From: an uncultured Chthonomonadaceae bacterium
GTDB lineage: Bacteria > Armatimonadota > Chthonomonadetes > Chthonomonadales > Chthonomonadaceae
NCBI GenBank assembly: GCA_963817895.1
Contig: CAWFQB010000001.1
Location: forward strand, 384,001 to 448,000
Length of the DNA stretch: 64,000 nt
Reading direction: 5' to 3'
Positions within the stretch are counted from its first letter, which is position 1, and every line of letters begins with the position of its first letter. Below, piece by piece: positions 13,364-24,671 of this stretch. Under the pieces are notes generated by a model. It searched no databases, had not been told where the DNA came from, and was given only the letters and a program-made list of their open reading frames with translations. Position numbers and translations under genes: made by a program.

Positions 13364-15671
13364 GAAACATCATGCTATCTTTGCGCCAGGGGTTGAAAAC
13401 CCCTGTCTATATGGCGTTCCGCCAGGCGTCCTACGGACGCCAATTCAGACAATAGATTGCGTCCGCAGGACGCTTGTTCTTTCCTGCCGGGTATTTTCAA
13501 TACCTGGCACTCTACTGGCGTTGCTGGCGTTGGCAGCCTGTGCGCAGGCGCAAACATCGTTCCCGATGCTGGGGGGCGCGTATCCGCTTGGGGTGCAGCG
13601 GGGCAAAACGGCGGAAGTAACCGTGTACGCGGGCGGCAATGGCGGCGCGAACCTGTATGGCGCGTATAAGGTTCTGGTGGAGGGCGCGGGCGTCAAGGCC
13701 GAAGTGGTTCTGCCCGAAAAAGGCTGGCCGGAAAAGCCCAAGCCCGATCCGAAAGACCCCAAAAAAGAGTGGGCATTGCCCGGAGTGGGCGAAATCAAAC
13801 TGCGCGTCACGGTTGCGCCGGATGCTCCGCTCGGCGTCCGCGAACTGCGAATCGCTACGCCGCGCATGGGACTGTCTACCATCGGCATGATCGTTGTCAG
13901 CGACGAGACGCAGGTTATGGAAGTGGAACCGAACAACGATGTGGCTCACGCCCAACCGATAACGCTGCCCTGCGACGTGAATGGCAAAATTCAGCAGGCC
14001 GAGGACGTGGACAGTTACAAGTTTACGGCTGCGGCGGGACAGGAAGCGGTTTTCGCCGTGCAGTCCGCCCGTATGCAGGACAAAATTCACGATTTGCAGG
14101 AACACGCCGACCCTGTATTGATACTGCGTGACGAAAAGGGCGTGGAAATCGCCCGCAACGACGACTACTATCGCGCCGACCCGCTCCTGCACTACAAGTT
14201 TGAAAAGGCCGGAACGTACATTGTGCAAATTCGCGACGTCAACTATCAGGGCAACGGCTTCTGGATGTACCGCCTGAGCATGACGACGCGGCCTTACGTT
14301 GTCGCCACTGTTCCCTGCGCCGTCAAACCCGGACAAAGCGCCGACCTGCGCATTTCCGGCTTTGGGCTAAACGGCGCGACAACCGCCCATGTTGACGTTC
14401 CCGCCAACACGCCCCCCGGCCTCTGGACAACCCCGCTCAAAGTGGGCGGCCAAAACTCCAATCTTGTTTCTCTCCTCGTCACCGACGCCCCGCAAGTGGT
14501 TGTCGAAAACACGCCCGCGCCGCCCGCTTCAACGACAAAAACAATCAACTATCAACCCTCAACTACCAACTCCTCATCCCTCATCCCTCATCCCTCATCC
14601 TTACACCTTCCCGGCGGCGTCAACTCTACCCTTTTGGCGACCGGGCAGATTGACCGCTATACCTTCACGGCGAAAAAGGGGACATCGTGGGGCTTTGAAG
14701 TGGCTTCGCGACGGCTGGACTCGGAAATGGACTCGGAGTTGAAATTGCGGGACGCGAAGGGGAATGTGCTGGCGGCAAACGACGACGCGCTCGGCAAGGA
14801 CTCGCGCATTGACTGGGGCTGTCCTGCCGACGGCGAGTATTCCATTGAGATACGCGACCTGACCGGGCATGGCGGCCCGACCTACTTTTACAATCTGACC
14901 GCCACGCCCCTGCGCCCCGATTTCAGCCTGAAATGCGATGGCGACCGGGCGATGATCGCGCCCGGAAACCGAACCGCGTGGTTTGTCATCGTGGACCGCA
15001 AATACGGTTTTGCCGGCGATGTGTCTGTGGAGTTGAAAGGGTTGCCGCCCGGAGTGACGGCCTCCCCGCTGACGCTTCCCCCGACGATGACACAGGGCGT
15101 GATTCTGCTCAGTGCCGCGCCGGACGCGAAAATTAATATGGCGGAAGCGCAGGTAGTCGGCGCGGCGCAACTGCCGGGAGCGGACGGCAAGCCTACAGCC
15201 GTAACCCGAGTCGCGCATCCGCTCTCGGAAATCTATCTTCCCGGCGGCGGCAGAGGGCTGTTGGAAGTGGATACGCAGGGGGTCGCCGTGACGGAACCGA
15301 ACGACATGGAGGTATCCGTCGCCAATCCCAACATCACCCTCAAACCCGGCGAAACCCTCAAAATTGATGTTACCATCAAGCGGCGTCCCGATTACGATAA
15401 AGCCGTGACACTGGACTTGCGCGTCAATCATCTTGGCGGCATTTTCACCAATCCCCTGCCGCCCGGAGTGACGGTAGAAGATGGCGCAACCATTCCCGAA
15501 GGCAAAACCACCGGCCAGATCACCCTCAAAGCCGCGCCGGACGCCAAACCCATCGCCAACTGGCCCCTTGCGGTCATGGCGAATTCCAGCGTCAACTTCG
15601 TCATGAAAGTCTGGTACGCCGCGCCCATTACGCTCACCATCCCCGCGCCTACTCCGCCTGCAAAGAAGTAA
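13360..15671 (+). CDS. PPC (pre-peptidase C-terminal) domain protein; likely ATG at 13360 with a frameshift in the leader
   Basis: YPLGVQRG, EVEPNND, EDVDSYKF, ARNDD...DP and AANDDALGKDSRI; usual partner of DUF1501/DUF1553 clusters. Confidence 0.8.
13385..13508. repeat. REP-like nested palindrome doublet inside the 5' end of the PPC gene
   Basis: caggggttgaaaacccctg / gcgtcctacggacgc ... gcgtccgcaggacgc / gccgggtattttcaatacctggc. Confidence 0.65.
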
Positions 15672-15682
15672 GAAAGCGGATT

Positions 15683-15797
15683 CAGCCGCAAATGAACGCG
15701 AATACACGCAAATAAAGTTAAGATCATACGCCGAATAAAATTATGTCGGCAATATGAATTCTTCTCATTTGCGTGTATTCGCGTTCATTTGCGGCTA
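15683..15797. repeat. REP-like inverted doublet (same family as 11452..11598) between convergent genes
   Basis: agccgcaaatgaacgcgaatacacgcaaat ... atttgcgtgtattcgcgttcatttgcggct, a 30-bp perfect inverted repeat. Confidence 0.85.
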
Positions 15798-15806
15798 ACT
15801 ACTCCT

Positions 15807-17819
15807 CTACAAAGCGTTGCTTGCAGGTCTATGATCTGTCGGCGGAATGTCGGAAGTTCCGGGCTGATCGGTGTCACACGCGAAGGTGTTTCCCGCGAGA
15901 ATGACAACTGGCGCAACGCCATCCGAACCTCCATTTGACGTTTGCCCATCACCGACGCGCAGGGGAGTTATCTGCGCGTTCTCCACTTCCACATGTACCG
16001 GCAAGCCATTGCCCGCATGAGTGGCGTGGCCGTTACCGGTCCCGGCAATAGCGGCCTGCGCGTTTCCGCGTTCCACAATTGCAGCCTGTTCAGCGGGATG
16101 TTCAGGGTAGGACGGCGATTCAGAGCCGTCGGGAGTTGGTTTCCGGCCCTGATTCTCCTGCTCGCGTTGCTCAATGATATGCTGGAAACTCTCGCGCAGG
16201 GCGGGCAGATGCTCGATGAGTTCACTGAGGTCTTTTTTGGGAACGCTCAATACATCCAGCGGCTCTACGGCGCGAATGGTAGCCGTGCGCGTGGTCTGGT
16301 TCAGCAGCGCCATCTCCCCGAAGAATTGTCCCGCCTGTAGGGTGACGATTTTACGCGCGAAACCGTCATCCATGCGAATCACGTCGCAACTGCCCTTCTT
16401 GATAATGTACAGCCGGTCGCCAATGTCGCCCTGATTGAAAATCACCTGTCCGGGTTCGTAATGCTCCTGCACCACGCCCCGCGTCTCTTCCAGTCGCAGT
16501 TCCACAATATCCTGCGGCAGCACCTGGCTCATCAGCCAGGCGGTAGCCGTGCGAACTTTGCGATCCCATCCGGGCATTTTCATCAGATACACGCCCCGCC
16601 ACATCAGCCAGGCTACCACGCCGCTCAATCGAAACCCGAATACCTGCGCTACAGCGGAGTGGTGGCCGAGCGCGCCCATGTTTCCCAACCCCTTGAAGCC
16701 AAATGTTTTTTTACGGGCATTGCGAATGGTCGCCACGATGTTGTAGGCGCAGACTTCACCTTGCCGCACGGCATGTTGCGCGGTCGGCGGGCAATGCGTG
16801 GCTCCCGTTGGATCGTTGGGATCGGGAATAGCCGCGCAGTCGCCGACCGCCCAGATATGGTCGCTATCCTTGACCTGAAGCGTCGTGTCGGTGAGAACGC
16901 GATGGCGTTTGTCTTTGGGCAAATTCAGGGATTCTATGATTGGATTGGGGCTGCTGGGAACCGTAGAAACCAATGTTCGCGTCGGGATTCCCTCAATTTC
17001 ATTCGTATCCTTGTGCTTGACAATGGCTTCCGTGCCAGTGGCGGCAGTGAGCAGGCTGGAAAAGCGAATATCCACGCCGGCATTCTGCAACACGCGCTGC
17101 GCCAGCACGCGCAGACTGGGAACCAGTTGTTCCAGAATGGTGTCGCCGGCATGGAGCAAAATGATGCGAACATCCTCTGCCTTGAGACTGCGATAGGTAT
17201 GCAGCGTACCCCGCACCAGGCTGTTGATTTCCGCCACGCACTCCACGCCGCTCCACCCGCCACCCGCTACAACAAACGTCAGCAGGGCCTGGCGGACAAA
17301 AGGGTCGTCTTCGATGGCTGCCTCTTCCAGCGCATGAATCACGCGATGGCGCAGGCGCAGCGCGTCCTCCATTGTTTTGAAGGGGAGGGCGTGCTGTGTC
17401 AGGCCTGTCATGCCCCGAAAGTCCGTGACATTGCCAAGCCCCAGAACCAGGTAATCGTAGTCAATCCGATGCGGCACGGGAACGATGCCCGGACTGGTGG
17501 TAATGACTTTATTTTCCAGATCAACATGTTCGATGTCGCGCACCAGGACGGTTGTTTTGCGCAACAGTTGCCGCAGCGGGCTGACAGTATCGAAGACGCC
17601 GACGTTGCCGGAAATGATCTCGGCGAGCATCGGCTGGTACACGAAATAGTTTTCGCGGTTGATGAGAATGATCTCGTAGTCGTCGTGCCAGGAGAGCAGT
17701 TTCTCCAGTTTCATGGCCGCGTACAGGCCGCCGAACCCAGCGCCCATAATCACGATGCGCTTTTTGTCGGCAACGACCATTTTATTCGAGGCAACCAGTT
17801 GTGTGTGCATAATATTCAA
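15807..17819 (-). CDS. ndh: Type II NADH dehydrogenase fused to a cyclic-nucleotide-binding domain
   Basis: GAGFGG, YQPMLAEI.SG, VAGGGWSGVE, WAVGDCA and PPTAQHA; C-terminal IFNQGDIGD.LYII..G...FFGEMAL....RTATI. Confidence 0.88.
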   Translation of the reverse strand: MNIMHTQLVASNKMVVADKKRIVIMGAGFGGLYAAMKLEKLLSWHDDYEIILINRENYFVYQPMLAEIISGNVGVFDTVSPLRQLLRKTTVLVRDIEHVDLENKVITTSPGIVPVPHRIDYDYLVLGLGNVTDFRGMTGLTQHALPFKTMEDALRLRHRVIHALEEAAIEDDPFVRQALLTFVVAGGGWSGVECVAEINSLVRGTLHTYRSLKAEDVRIILLHAGDTILEQLVPSLRVLAQRVLQNAGVDIRFSSLLTAATGTEAIVKHKDTNEIEGIPTRTLVSTVPSSPNPIIESLNLPKDKRHRVLTDTTLQVKDSDHIWAVGDCAAIPDPNDPTGATHCPPTAQHAVRQGEVCAYNIVATIRNARKKTFGFKGLGNMGALGHHSAVAQVFGFRLSGVVAWLMWRGVYLMKMPGWDRKVRTATAWLMSQVLPQDIVELRLEETRGVVQEHYEPGQVIFNQGDIGDRLYIIKKGSCDVIRMDDGFARKIVTLQAGQFFGEMALLNQTTRTATIRAVEPLDVLSVPKKDLSELIEHLPALRESFQHIIEQREQENQGRKPTPDGSESPSYPEHPAEQAAIVERGNAQAAIAGTGNGHATHAGNGLPVHVEVENAQITPLRVGDGQTSNGGSDGVAPVVILAGNTFACDTDQPGTSDIPPTDHRPASNAL

Positions 17820-17959
17820 ACTTCCTCATCGGAAGAGGCAGGCGTTTCTTTCTGCTGATGTCCGTAGAATGTCACGGCGGGAGAACGGACAACCGGTTCA
17901 AGAAACCCCTGCCGATACAGGAAGCGCGGTAAAGAGAGCAAGTCTGACCGGACGCGCTT

Positions 17960-19225
17960 CTACTGAAAACTCGGATGCTTTACTTTGGTCAGCAGCCAGA
18001 GTATAGGCATAACCGCCATGAAGGACCAGAAAATCGCGGCAACGATAGCCCGCGTTACAGCGACATCCAGTTGTTTGGCCTGCACGGTATGCGACACGTT
18101 AGCCTGCATCCGTCCGAACTCGCTGCTCAGGTTGTTGGAGAACAGCACCACCAGGAAGGCGCCAATCGGGTACAGATGGGGAATTTCCGCCCAACCGAAG
18201 TCCATGACCATCAGTTTGGTGAACACATACACCATCATCAGACACCACACGCGGCAGAACACGCCCACCATCAGCAGGAAGCCCGTCAGCACTTCGGCAA
18301 TCGCGAAGCCCAGAATCCAGCACTCGCGCTGATGGTTTTGCATGTAGGCCGGGGAGTTGGCAACGGCATTAGCCCAGGGCTGATGGCCCGTGCCATACCA
18401 GAACATCTGGATCATAGGATCGTGCATGACAGCCGGGAAATTGTCCGCTACGCCCACAGACAGGTAATAGTTGTAAATTTTCATCCAGCCGAGCGCGAAG
18501 AAGCCGAAGCCCAGCACGATGCGAACCCACCGCATTTGTCCGGGCGTGATCGTGGTAATCGCCTGCTTCCACGAGTCCCAACTTGCGGAAACGTAGACCA
18601 CCCCGACCGTCAGCACGGGCAGCACGTCTACAGCGATTTTCCAATCGAAGGCGAACAGCAGATAGATAAAGGTGCCGAAGATGGTCGCGCCGCCGAGCGG
18701 CAGGAAACTTTGCGTCAAAATCCCGATAGCCATGACAACCTGCACGATTTGAAACAGAAAGCGCGTTTTGGGTTCCAGCGGATAACTGGGCATCACCAGC
18801 GCGTTGTTGGCAGCGGAAAACATCAACACGAGAGCCGGACAGCGCAGGAAAAATACCACGACCCACTTGCTCAGGGCGGTAAATTTTGGCGCGCGAACGG
18901 GCTTATCGAACACAAAAGCGGCGGCGTACTCCACGTAATCCTGCAATTGCAGGCTCACGCGGGGAAAAATGCGGTCAATGATAAAGTTGTAAACCGGTTC
19001 CCGCATGAACCAGACAAACAGCATGGCCGCCATCATCACCATCACGCGGGTGGCAATGTTGAGCATATCGCCGTTCAAATGTTTGAAGAATTCTTCATCA
19101 ATGGGCCATTTGGCGGCGTGGGGAATAAATCGCTCGTGAGCCAGAGCCGCGCAGGGCAGCAGCAGCAGCATGACGGCGGCCCAAACAGTTCGTTTTCCAG
19201 AAAGCAGGCGCTTAATAATATCCAT
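17960..19225 (-). CDS. Polytopic membrane protein with DoxX-like repeats
   Basis: Signal peptide ending ALAHERF, RIVLGFGFFALGWMK, EVLTGFLLMVGVFCR and AEIPHL. Confidence 0.6.
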   Translation of the reverse strand: MDIIKRLLSGKRTVWAAVMLLLLPCAALAHERFIPHAAKWPIDEEFFKHLNGDMLNIATRVMVMMAAMLFVWFMREPVYNFIIDRIFPRVSLQLQDYVEYAAAFVFDKPVRAPKFTALSKWVVVFFLRCPALVLMFSAANNALVMPSYPLEPKTRFLFQIVQVVMAIGILTQSFLPLGGATIFGTFIYLLFAFDWKIAVDVLPVLTVGVVYVSASWDSWKQAITTITPGQMRWVRIVLGFGFFALGWMKIYNYYLSVGVADNFPAVMHDPMIQMFWYGTGHQPWANAVANSPAYMQNHQRECWILGFAIAEVLTGFLLMVGVFCRVWCLMMVYVFTKLMVMDFGWAEIPHLYPIGAFLVVLFSNNLSSEFGRMQANVSHTVQAKQLDVAVTRAIVAAIFWSFMAVMPILWLLTKVKHPSFQ

Positions 19226-19300
19226 CAGGTCACTCCCTGGCATGATTGCCGAAAAGGACAAAACACTAAAATCAAGTCAATACTGGTCCGTCCGGGCAGA

Positions 19301-20149
19301 TTACTGAAGCACGGCGATGTGCATCTCTTTGGGAACGTAGCCGATGCGGCGCAGCACTTTGAGAACTTGCGCCAAATCTGTGGGCTTTTTGTCCTCAAAT
19401 TCCAGTGTCAGGCCATCGAGTTCCACATTGGCGTTTTTCAGCGAAGGCAGTTCCTTCAGGTCGTCATACAGCGGGTTATCCCGACTGCGGTCGCAAATTT
19501 TGCCGACTGCGCTTGTGCATGTTGGGCAACACAGATGCGGCAGAATGATGTGAAGATTGAAGTGCGGGATATTTTTCACCTTGAATTTTTCCAGCGCCAA
19601 TCCTTCCACTTCAATATCCCGATAGATTTTCATCAGGTCAATGATGCCTGCCTGCGTCGCGTCCATATCCGCAATGACTTCACCATAATAGGTGGGCGAG
19701 GGGTGAGGCTTAACCGTTTGGGCTTCCTGCTGTGTCTGCAAAGACAACGCCGTCTGCGGCGCGCGCATATCCTGTGTCGTCACAGGCTGCTGCATGGACA
19801 TCGGCAGAGTTGTCGCAGGCGGCGTTGTCGCAGAGGGCGTTGTCACAGGTAACGTTGTCGCAGAGGGTGTTGTGGTGGATTGTGTGGAATGATCCATTGT
19901 CAGGGCGTCACCTGTATACAGCATAGGGTTGGTCAGCCAGGATTGCTTCTTGACGGCCTGATACACATTGTCAAAACAGCCCCCGCAACATAAATGGTTG
20001 AGGCCGAAAATAATCTGCGGCTTTGTGGCGGAGCCGGCCCCGGTGGTTCGCTCGGGGTGAACGTTGAATCTCAGGTCGATGACTATCAGCATTACCGCCC
20101 ATAGAATCATCATAATCAGCACTTGTTGGGTACGGCCAAGTCCGGGCAT
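19301..20149 (-). CDS. Membrane-anchored protein with two HMA-like HLCCxxC motifs
   Basis: N-terminal TM segment; HLCCGGC and HLCCPTC are separated by a Thr/Pro repeat linker (about 19800-19875). Confidence 0.6.
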   Translation of the reverse strand: MPGLGRTQQVLIMMILWAVMLIVIDLRFNVHPERTTGAGSATKPQIIFGLNHLCCGGCFDNVYQAVKKQSWLTNPMLYTGDALTMDHSTQSTTTPSATTLPVTTPSATTPPATTLPMSMQQPVTTQDMRAPQTALSLQTQQEAQTVKPHPSPTYYGEVIADMDATQAGIIDLMKIYRDIEVEGLALEKFKVKNIPHFNLHIILPHLCCPTCTSAVGKICDRSRDNPLYDDLKELPSLKNANVELDGLTLEFEDKKPTDLAQVLKVLRRIGYVPKEMHIAVLQ

Positions 20150-20228
20150 GGATTATCCTCCTGTGTGGAAAGTGAGAAGTCTCTCATCTATAGATACAAA
20201 TATGATTACACATTTTTACGATTTTTCC

Positions 20229-20244
20229 TGTGATACACCTCATA
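20229..20244. promoter_or_regulatory. CRP/FNR-family-like box
   Basis: TGTGA-tacacc-TCATA, about 80 bp upstream of the 20149 operon start. Confidence 0.5.
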
Positions 20245-20411
20245 GTTGAAAAAAAAATCTCCTCAGCGCGGGAGATAAGCGGCACAGGCTCCGGCGGGGA
20301 GAAGAAGGAAGAGTAGGTTGTTAGGTTGTTAGGTTTTGAAGCCATCAGCGAGTTGCAGGCGCATATCTTGCGAAACTAGCAACTTAACAACCTAACAACC
20401 TAACAACCTAA

Positions 20412-21203
20412 CTACGGGGAGTCCAGCACAAATTTCGCGGTCAGCGGCTGCGTGGAACCGGGTTCGTTGGAGCCATAAATGAACAGCGTGTAAGGCAGGG
20501 AACCGGCCAGATTGACGTTGTCCAATTGCAGCAGCAGATTACGGTTGTTGTCGCGAATCAGAATGGTATACACGCCCGCTGTCTGCACCACGTAGTTGTT
20601 GGTGTTGATGTTAGGCTGAATCTGTGTGCCATTATAGCCGTAAGGATTGCTGGCAATAAAGATAACTTCCGCGCCACTCTGCACATCCGGCGAAATCCCG
20701 GTCACGAAGATGGAGGGAATAGAAGCCGAGGGAGACAGGTTCAGCGTCCGCACGGCCACTTTGTCCGGGGGCAGGTTGGCCGGGATTTTATCGTCAATGG
20801 CGATGACCTGCGGCACATAAGGGCCGCTTGTCTGCCCGATTTGTCCGATGGCGGCAAGCGTGTAGTTGGTTCCGGCGGCCAGTTTCAGCGTGTTCTGCGC
20901 AAGCGTTTGTCCGCCTGCGCTGGCCGTTGTGCCGGTCACCTGCGCGCTGGTTGCAGTCACATACTTGCCGGCCGTTCCGAGCGCGAGGCTCTGCTGGGTG
21001 TAGCCCGCGCTGGTGATGTCTACGGGCGTGTTGCCGGAAACTCCAAGCAGGCCGTTGAACGACCGAACGCGGCTGGTAGTGGTTGCGGGAAGATTTCCCA
21101 GAGGATTGGTGCCGTTACCATCGCCCCCACATCCGGTCAGGCCGAATGTGAGCGCGGCGACAGCGGCGCAAGCCGTATGCAGTACATAGCGGCGGGAATA
21201 CAT
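20412..21203 (-). CDS. DUF4397-like lipoprotein
   Basis: Lipobox LTGC, VRSFNGL...VDI, YTLAAIG and VRTLNLSPS. Confidence 0.7.
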   Translation of the reverse strand: MYSRRYVLHTACAAVAALTFGLTGCGGDGNGTNPLGNLPATTTSRVRSFNGLLGVSGNTPVDITSAGYTQQSLALGTAGKYVTATSAQVTGTTASAGGQTLAQNTLKLAAGTNYTLAAIGQIGQTSGPYVPQVIAIDDKIPANLPPDKVAVRTLNLSPSASIPSIFVTGISPDVQSGAEVIFIASNPYGYNGTQIQPNINTNNYVVQTAGVYTILIRDNNRNLLLQLDNVNLAGSLPYTLFIYGSNEPGSTQPLTAKFVLDSP

Positions 21204-21442
21204 AGCGCAGTCTCCTGAAGTAGCTAGTAGCTAGTAGCTAGTGGCCGGTAGTCTGTCAAAGTAAAATGTTTGAGTAGTTTGTAGGGGTTCTGCTTGCTGA
21301 ACCCTCCTCAGAACAGGGCGCGGCAAGCAGCGCCCCCTACGCCTGCCTTCTACCTGACGGATTACCAGTGGCTGGTGAATGGTTTGCGCCAGGCAGGGCT
21401 GTATAACAATCTCTGCCTGGCACACAGTATAGGAAGCGCCGG

Positions 21443-22898
21443 TTACAGCGACAGGAGGAAGTTGATCAAATCCTGCTTGCTGTCTTCGGGCAGATTGCGG
21501 AACGCGAGCGCGGCGGGATGCCCTTCGCTGTCCGTGTCATTGCCATAGTTGTCATGCCGCTCGATGGCTTCGCGCAGCGCGCTGGCCTGTGACTGGTTGG
21601 CGGTGACGCGCCCGTCGTGCAGATGGGGCGGCCCGACCAGGCCGATGCCCATAAGGGGCGCGGTGCGGAACTGGCGGCCATCCGCGCGTCCCTGACCCGG
21701 CAGAGTGTTATCGGCAAGCGCCGCGCCCATGTCATGCAGCAGGAAGTCGCCGAACGGATAGAACCGCTTGTTGCTCAGGTGGCTTCCGCCCAGTCGGGCT
21801 GGTGACGCGCCCGTAATCATCATGGGCGTATGGCAGCCGGAGCAGTTGAGCATACGGTCTTGCGCAATGCCATGCGGCTGCGTGTAATCCACGCCGAACA
21901 GGATACGGCCCCGGTCTTCGGAAGAGCCGACCGCGAATGTGCCGCGTTCCGGGGGAGCAATCAGGCGAATCAGGGTGCGCAAATCGCGCAGATTGTTGGC
22001 CGTGAGTCCGGGGGACGGAACGGGCGCAGGATTGGGCGTATTGTTGTTGGCGCCGGGCGTAAAGGGACTGGTCAGGCCGATTTCGCCGTTTGTGCCGCCC
22101 GTGTCGAACTGTTCCAGGGAGGGACCTGCCGCGCGCAGACCAAAGCGGCCCAGGCGAACGACGGGGCTGCCGCCGATCAGCGCGGAAGCCTCGCTGGCGC
22201 GGTTTTCAAAGCCTTCGTGTCCCAGGCCATTAACGGACGGGTCTTTGAGGGCAAGGATGGCGGAATCAGGGATGCCTTCGATCAGGCCGCGCCCGATGTA
22301 GGGCGGGGCCGCGCGCATACCCGACACGCGCACAAACGGAGCGCCCGGAAGGGGCGGCATTTGCTGCGGCGGGAAGCCTGCTACCTGATGGCGGTGGAAG
22401 ACGGGGCCACCCGCATCGCGCGCGGGGGTTGAATTCGCCGGTAGCGGGATTGAAATCGCCGAAGATCGTAAAAGCGTCTTCCGTGCGGGCGCGGGATACA
22501 GGCGTGGCCGGGTTGCCGGAACGCTGCGCCATGTGGCATCCCAGACAGTTGCGCTGATTGAAATACGGGCCTTCGCCGTCGAACGCATCGGTTCGCTCTG
22601 CGGTGAACAGGTTCAGGCCGCGCTGAACCGCGGCGCGCTCTTCAGCAGTGGCGCTGGGAAAGACAAGGCCGTCTACGGAGAGCGTTCTGCCGAATTTATC
22701 GCGCGGCATGAATTCCGCGTCCACCACTTTGGTCGGGTCGGTAGGACCGGCCAGGCTGCTGATGTCGGTGTCGCCAATTGTGGACTGATTGTTCACGGCG
22801 CTGCCGCCGCCCTGACAGCCCACAACCGCCACGCCCATCAGAACCGAAGTCAAGCCGAGCAGACCGCCCCACACGAGTTTCAAACGTGGGTGTTGCAT
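21443..22898 (-). CDS. Di-haem oxidoreductase family (DHOR/DUF1111) lipoprotein; frameshift near 22425
   Basis: Lipobox VVGC, GPYFN..NCLGCH, PPYIGRGLIEGI, GRFG, CSGCH, DFLLHDMG, FRTAPLMG and HLHDGR. Confidence 0.88.
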
Positions 22899-22959
22899 TG
22901 TATTACTCCTCTTTTTTGCTTCATTTATCTTGAATGAAAACTTCGAGAATGAAACGCGC

Positions 22960-24418
22960 TTAGAACGAGCGGGACACGTCCACGAAGATGCGATCCGTGC
23001 CGTTGGTTTTGGTGGGCGCCCCCTCGAAGCTGTGATACGCGATGCGCAGCAGCGTATTCGACAGGAAGCGGTACGCGAAACCGAGCTGATAGCCCCGGTA
23101 GTCCGTACCCGCGCCCAGATCGGAATCGGCAAAGGTTGCCAGCGTAGCGTCGGGAGCCACGTCGCGATAGGTGAACCAGGCCGTATACGCGCCCTTCGCC
23201 GTGCCGCCTTTGGTCGCGCCGACAGTTACGCCATAACCCTCATTGCCCACCCTCGCGGAGAAGTTGCGCAGGTAGTCCGCTGTGACAAACGGCTGCAGCG
23301 TTGTTCCCTTGATGTGGGGCAGCAGTTGCCCGGTCAGATGCAGGATGTCGAACGTGTTGCCGGCGAATCCGAAGGCCGTACCGTATGTATAGTGGTTGTT
23401 CGTGGCCTGTACGCCGTTGTTGCGCAGCAGAAAAGCGTTTTGCGGAGTTGACGTGTCAATGCCGAAGCCGGGAATATAGGTCGGAATCAGCAGGCCGGAG
23501 TTCAGGTTATCGTAGACCGTATAGTTGATGGCTCCACGAAATACGCCCGCGTCCACTTTCAACTGGTTGACAATGGCGTAGGTGTCCGTTGTCAGGCCGG
23601 CAAAGCGCTGTCGCTGCGGAATGTTGATGGTGAAGAAGGCGGGGGTATACACCAGGCCGATTTTGGAGTTGCCTTTCGTAAGCGGAAGCCGCAGCGCGAT
23701 GCCTTCAGGGGATACATCGTGATCCCATTCGATTTCATCGTCCCAGTTGCCGATTTCCGCGCGCCACAGGGGGTTGTCCATTTTGCCGACCGTAAGGACA
23801 GGCGTGCTGGCTTTGGCCTTGTCGCCGAAATAGTAGTTCAAAAAGGCGCGTCCCAGATTGAACGTTTTGCTGCGGAATGCATCGCCGAGCGCGACAAACG
23901 GCACACCGGGATTTGGATTGAGTCCCGTAGTGATCTGGAAGCCGCCTTCGGAGCGCTCACTGAGGGGAGCGCCGAAGTTCAGGCGTACCCGTTCGCGGAA
24001 CGAACCCTGATCGCCGACGGGAATCAGCCCGGTTTGCAGGCTTCGGGTTGTAGTGTTGTCGTAACGAAAGGTGATGTCGCCGCCGATAATCACGGGAGGC
24101 TTGTTGGCCGGGGGCGGCGCGGTCTGCCGATCCGGGCGCACCACCTGCGGGCCGGTCGCGTTCGGATTGGGGCCATTCGGCCCCGGGTTGGGCTGCGTTG
24201 TGCCGGGCTGTTTGGTATTCAGCGCGCTTTGCAGGTCTTTGATGGTTTTTTTGTCGACGGCCTGTTCATCTTTGAGCCGCTGTTGTTCTTTGAGCAGCGC
24301 CTGTACCTGCTCCTCTAATTTCTTTCAGTCGGTCGCCGTCGCTGTCCTGGGCGTGGGCTGCGCCCCCGACAAAAAGTAGTCCGGCGAGACCCAATAGGGC
24401 AATCCGGCTCTGTTTCAT
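22960..24418 (-). CDS. Putative outer-membrane porin; frameshift near 24320
   Basis: Signal peptide MKQSRIALLG, coiled coil, GDITFRYD, RERVRL, WDHDVSPEG, FADSDLG and a terminal Phe. Confidence 0.75.
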
Positions 24419-24549
24419 GCGCATTCTCCTTGATGTGGGGTGTCCGTCTGGTATGGCGTCATTGCGCCTGCGGACTTGCTGTTTCGCGTGCGGAAAAGAA
24501 AAGGGGTGGTACGGGTTTGCGCTACGGGGCGCGTGAAACACTGGTAAAT

Positions 24550-24578
24550 ATTATAACCAATCTTTACGCATTTGTCAC
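24550..24578 (-). promoter_or_regulatory. Sigma70-like promoter of the porin operon
   Basis: GTGACA-17 nt-TATAAT on the minus strand. Confidence 0.55.
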
Positions 24579-24671
24579 CTGTTGAACGGGGTACAAACAG
24601 ACAATTCTTTTATTTTTTATCCCCGGCGTTGATTTCTTTTCAGAAACGGCCGGGAATATGACAAAAAACGC

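Noticed and set aside
12771..15671. 966-aa WD40-PPC fusion in the ORF track
   Set aside because: Produced by frameshifts; an internal signal peptide and the ATGA overlap at 13360 indicate two genes.
16461..19852. Long antisense ORFs (16461..17858, 17975..19852; likewise 29216..30979, 31652..32869, 54517..56127)
   Set aside because: Shadow ORFs opposite real genes in high-GC DNA, with no recognisable motifs.
24425..24545. c-di-GMP riboswitch in the porin leader (GCAAACC-like string)
   Set aside because: The remaining GEMM consensus elements are not visible.
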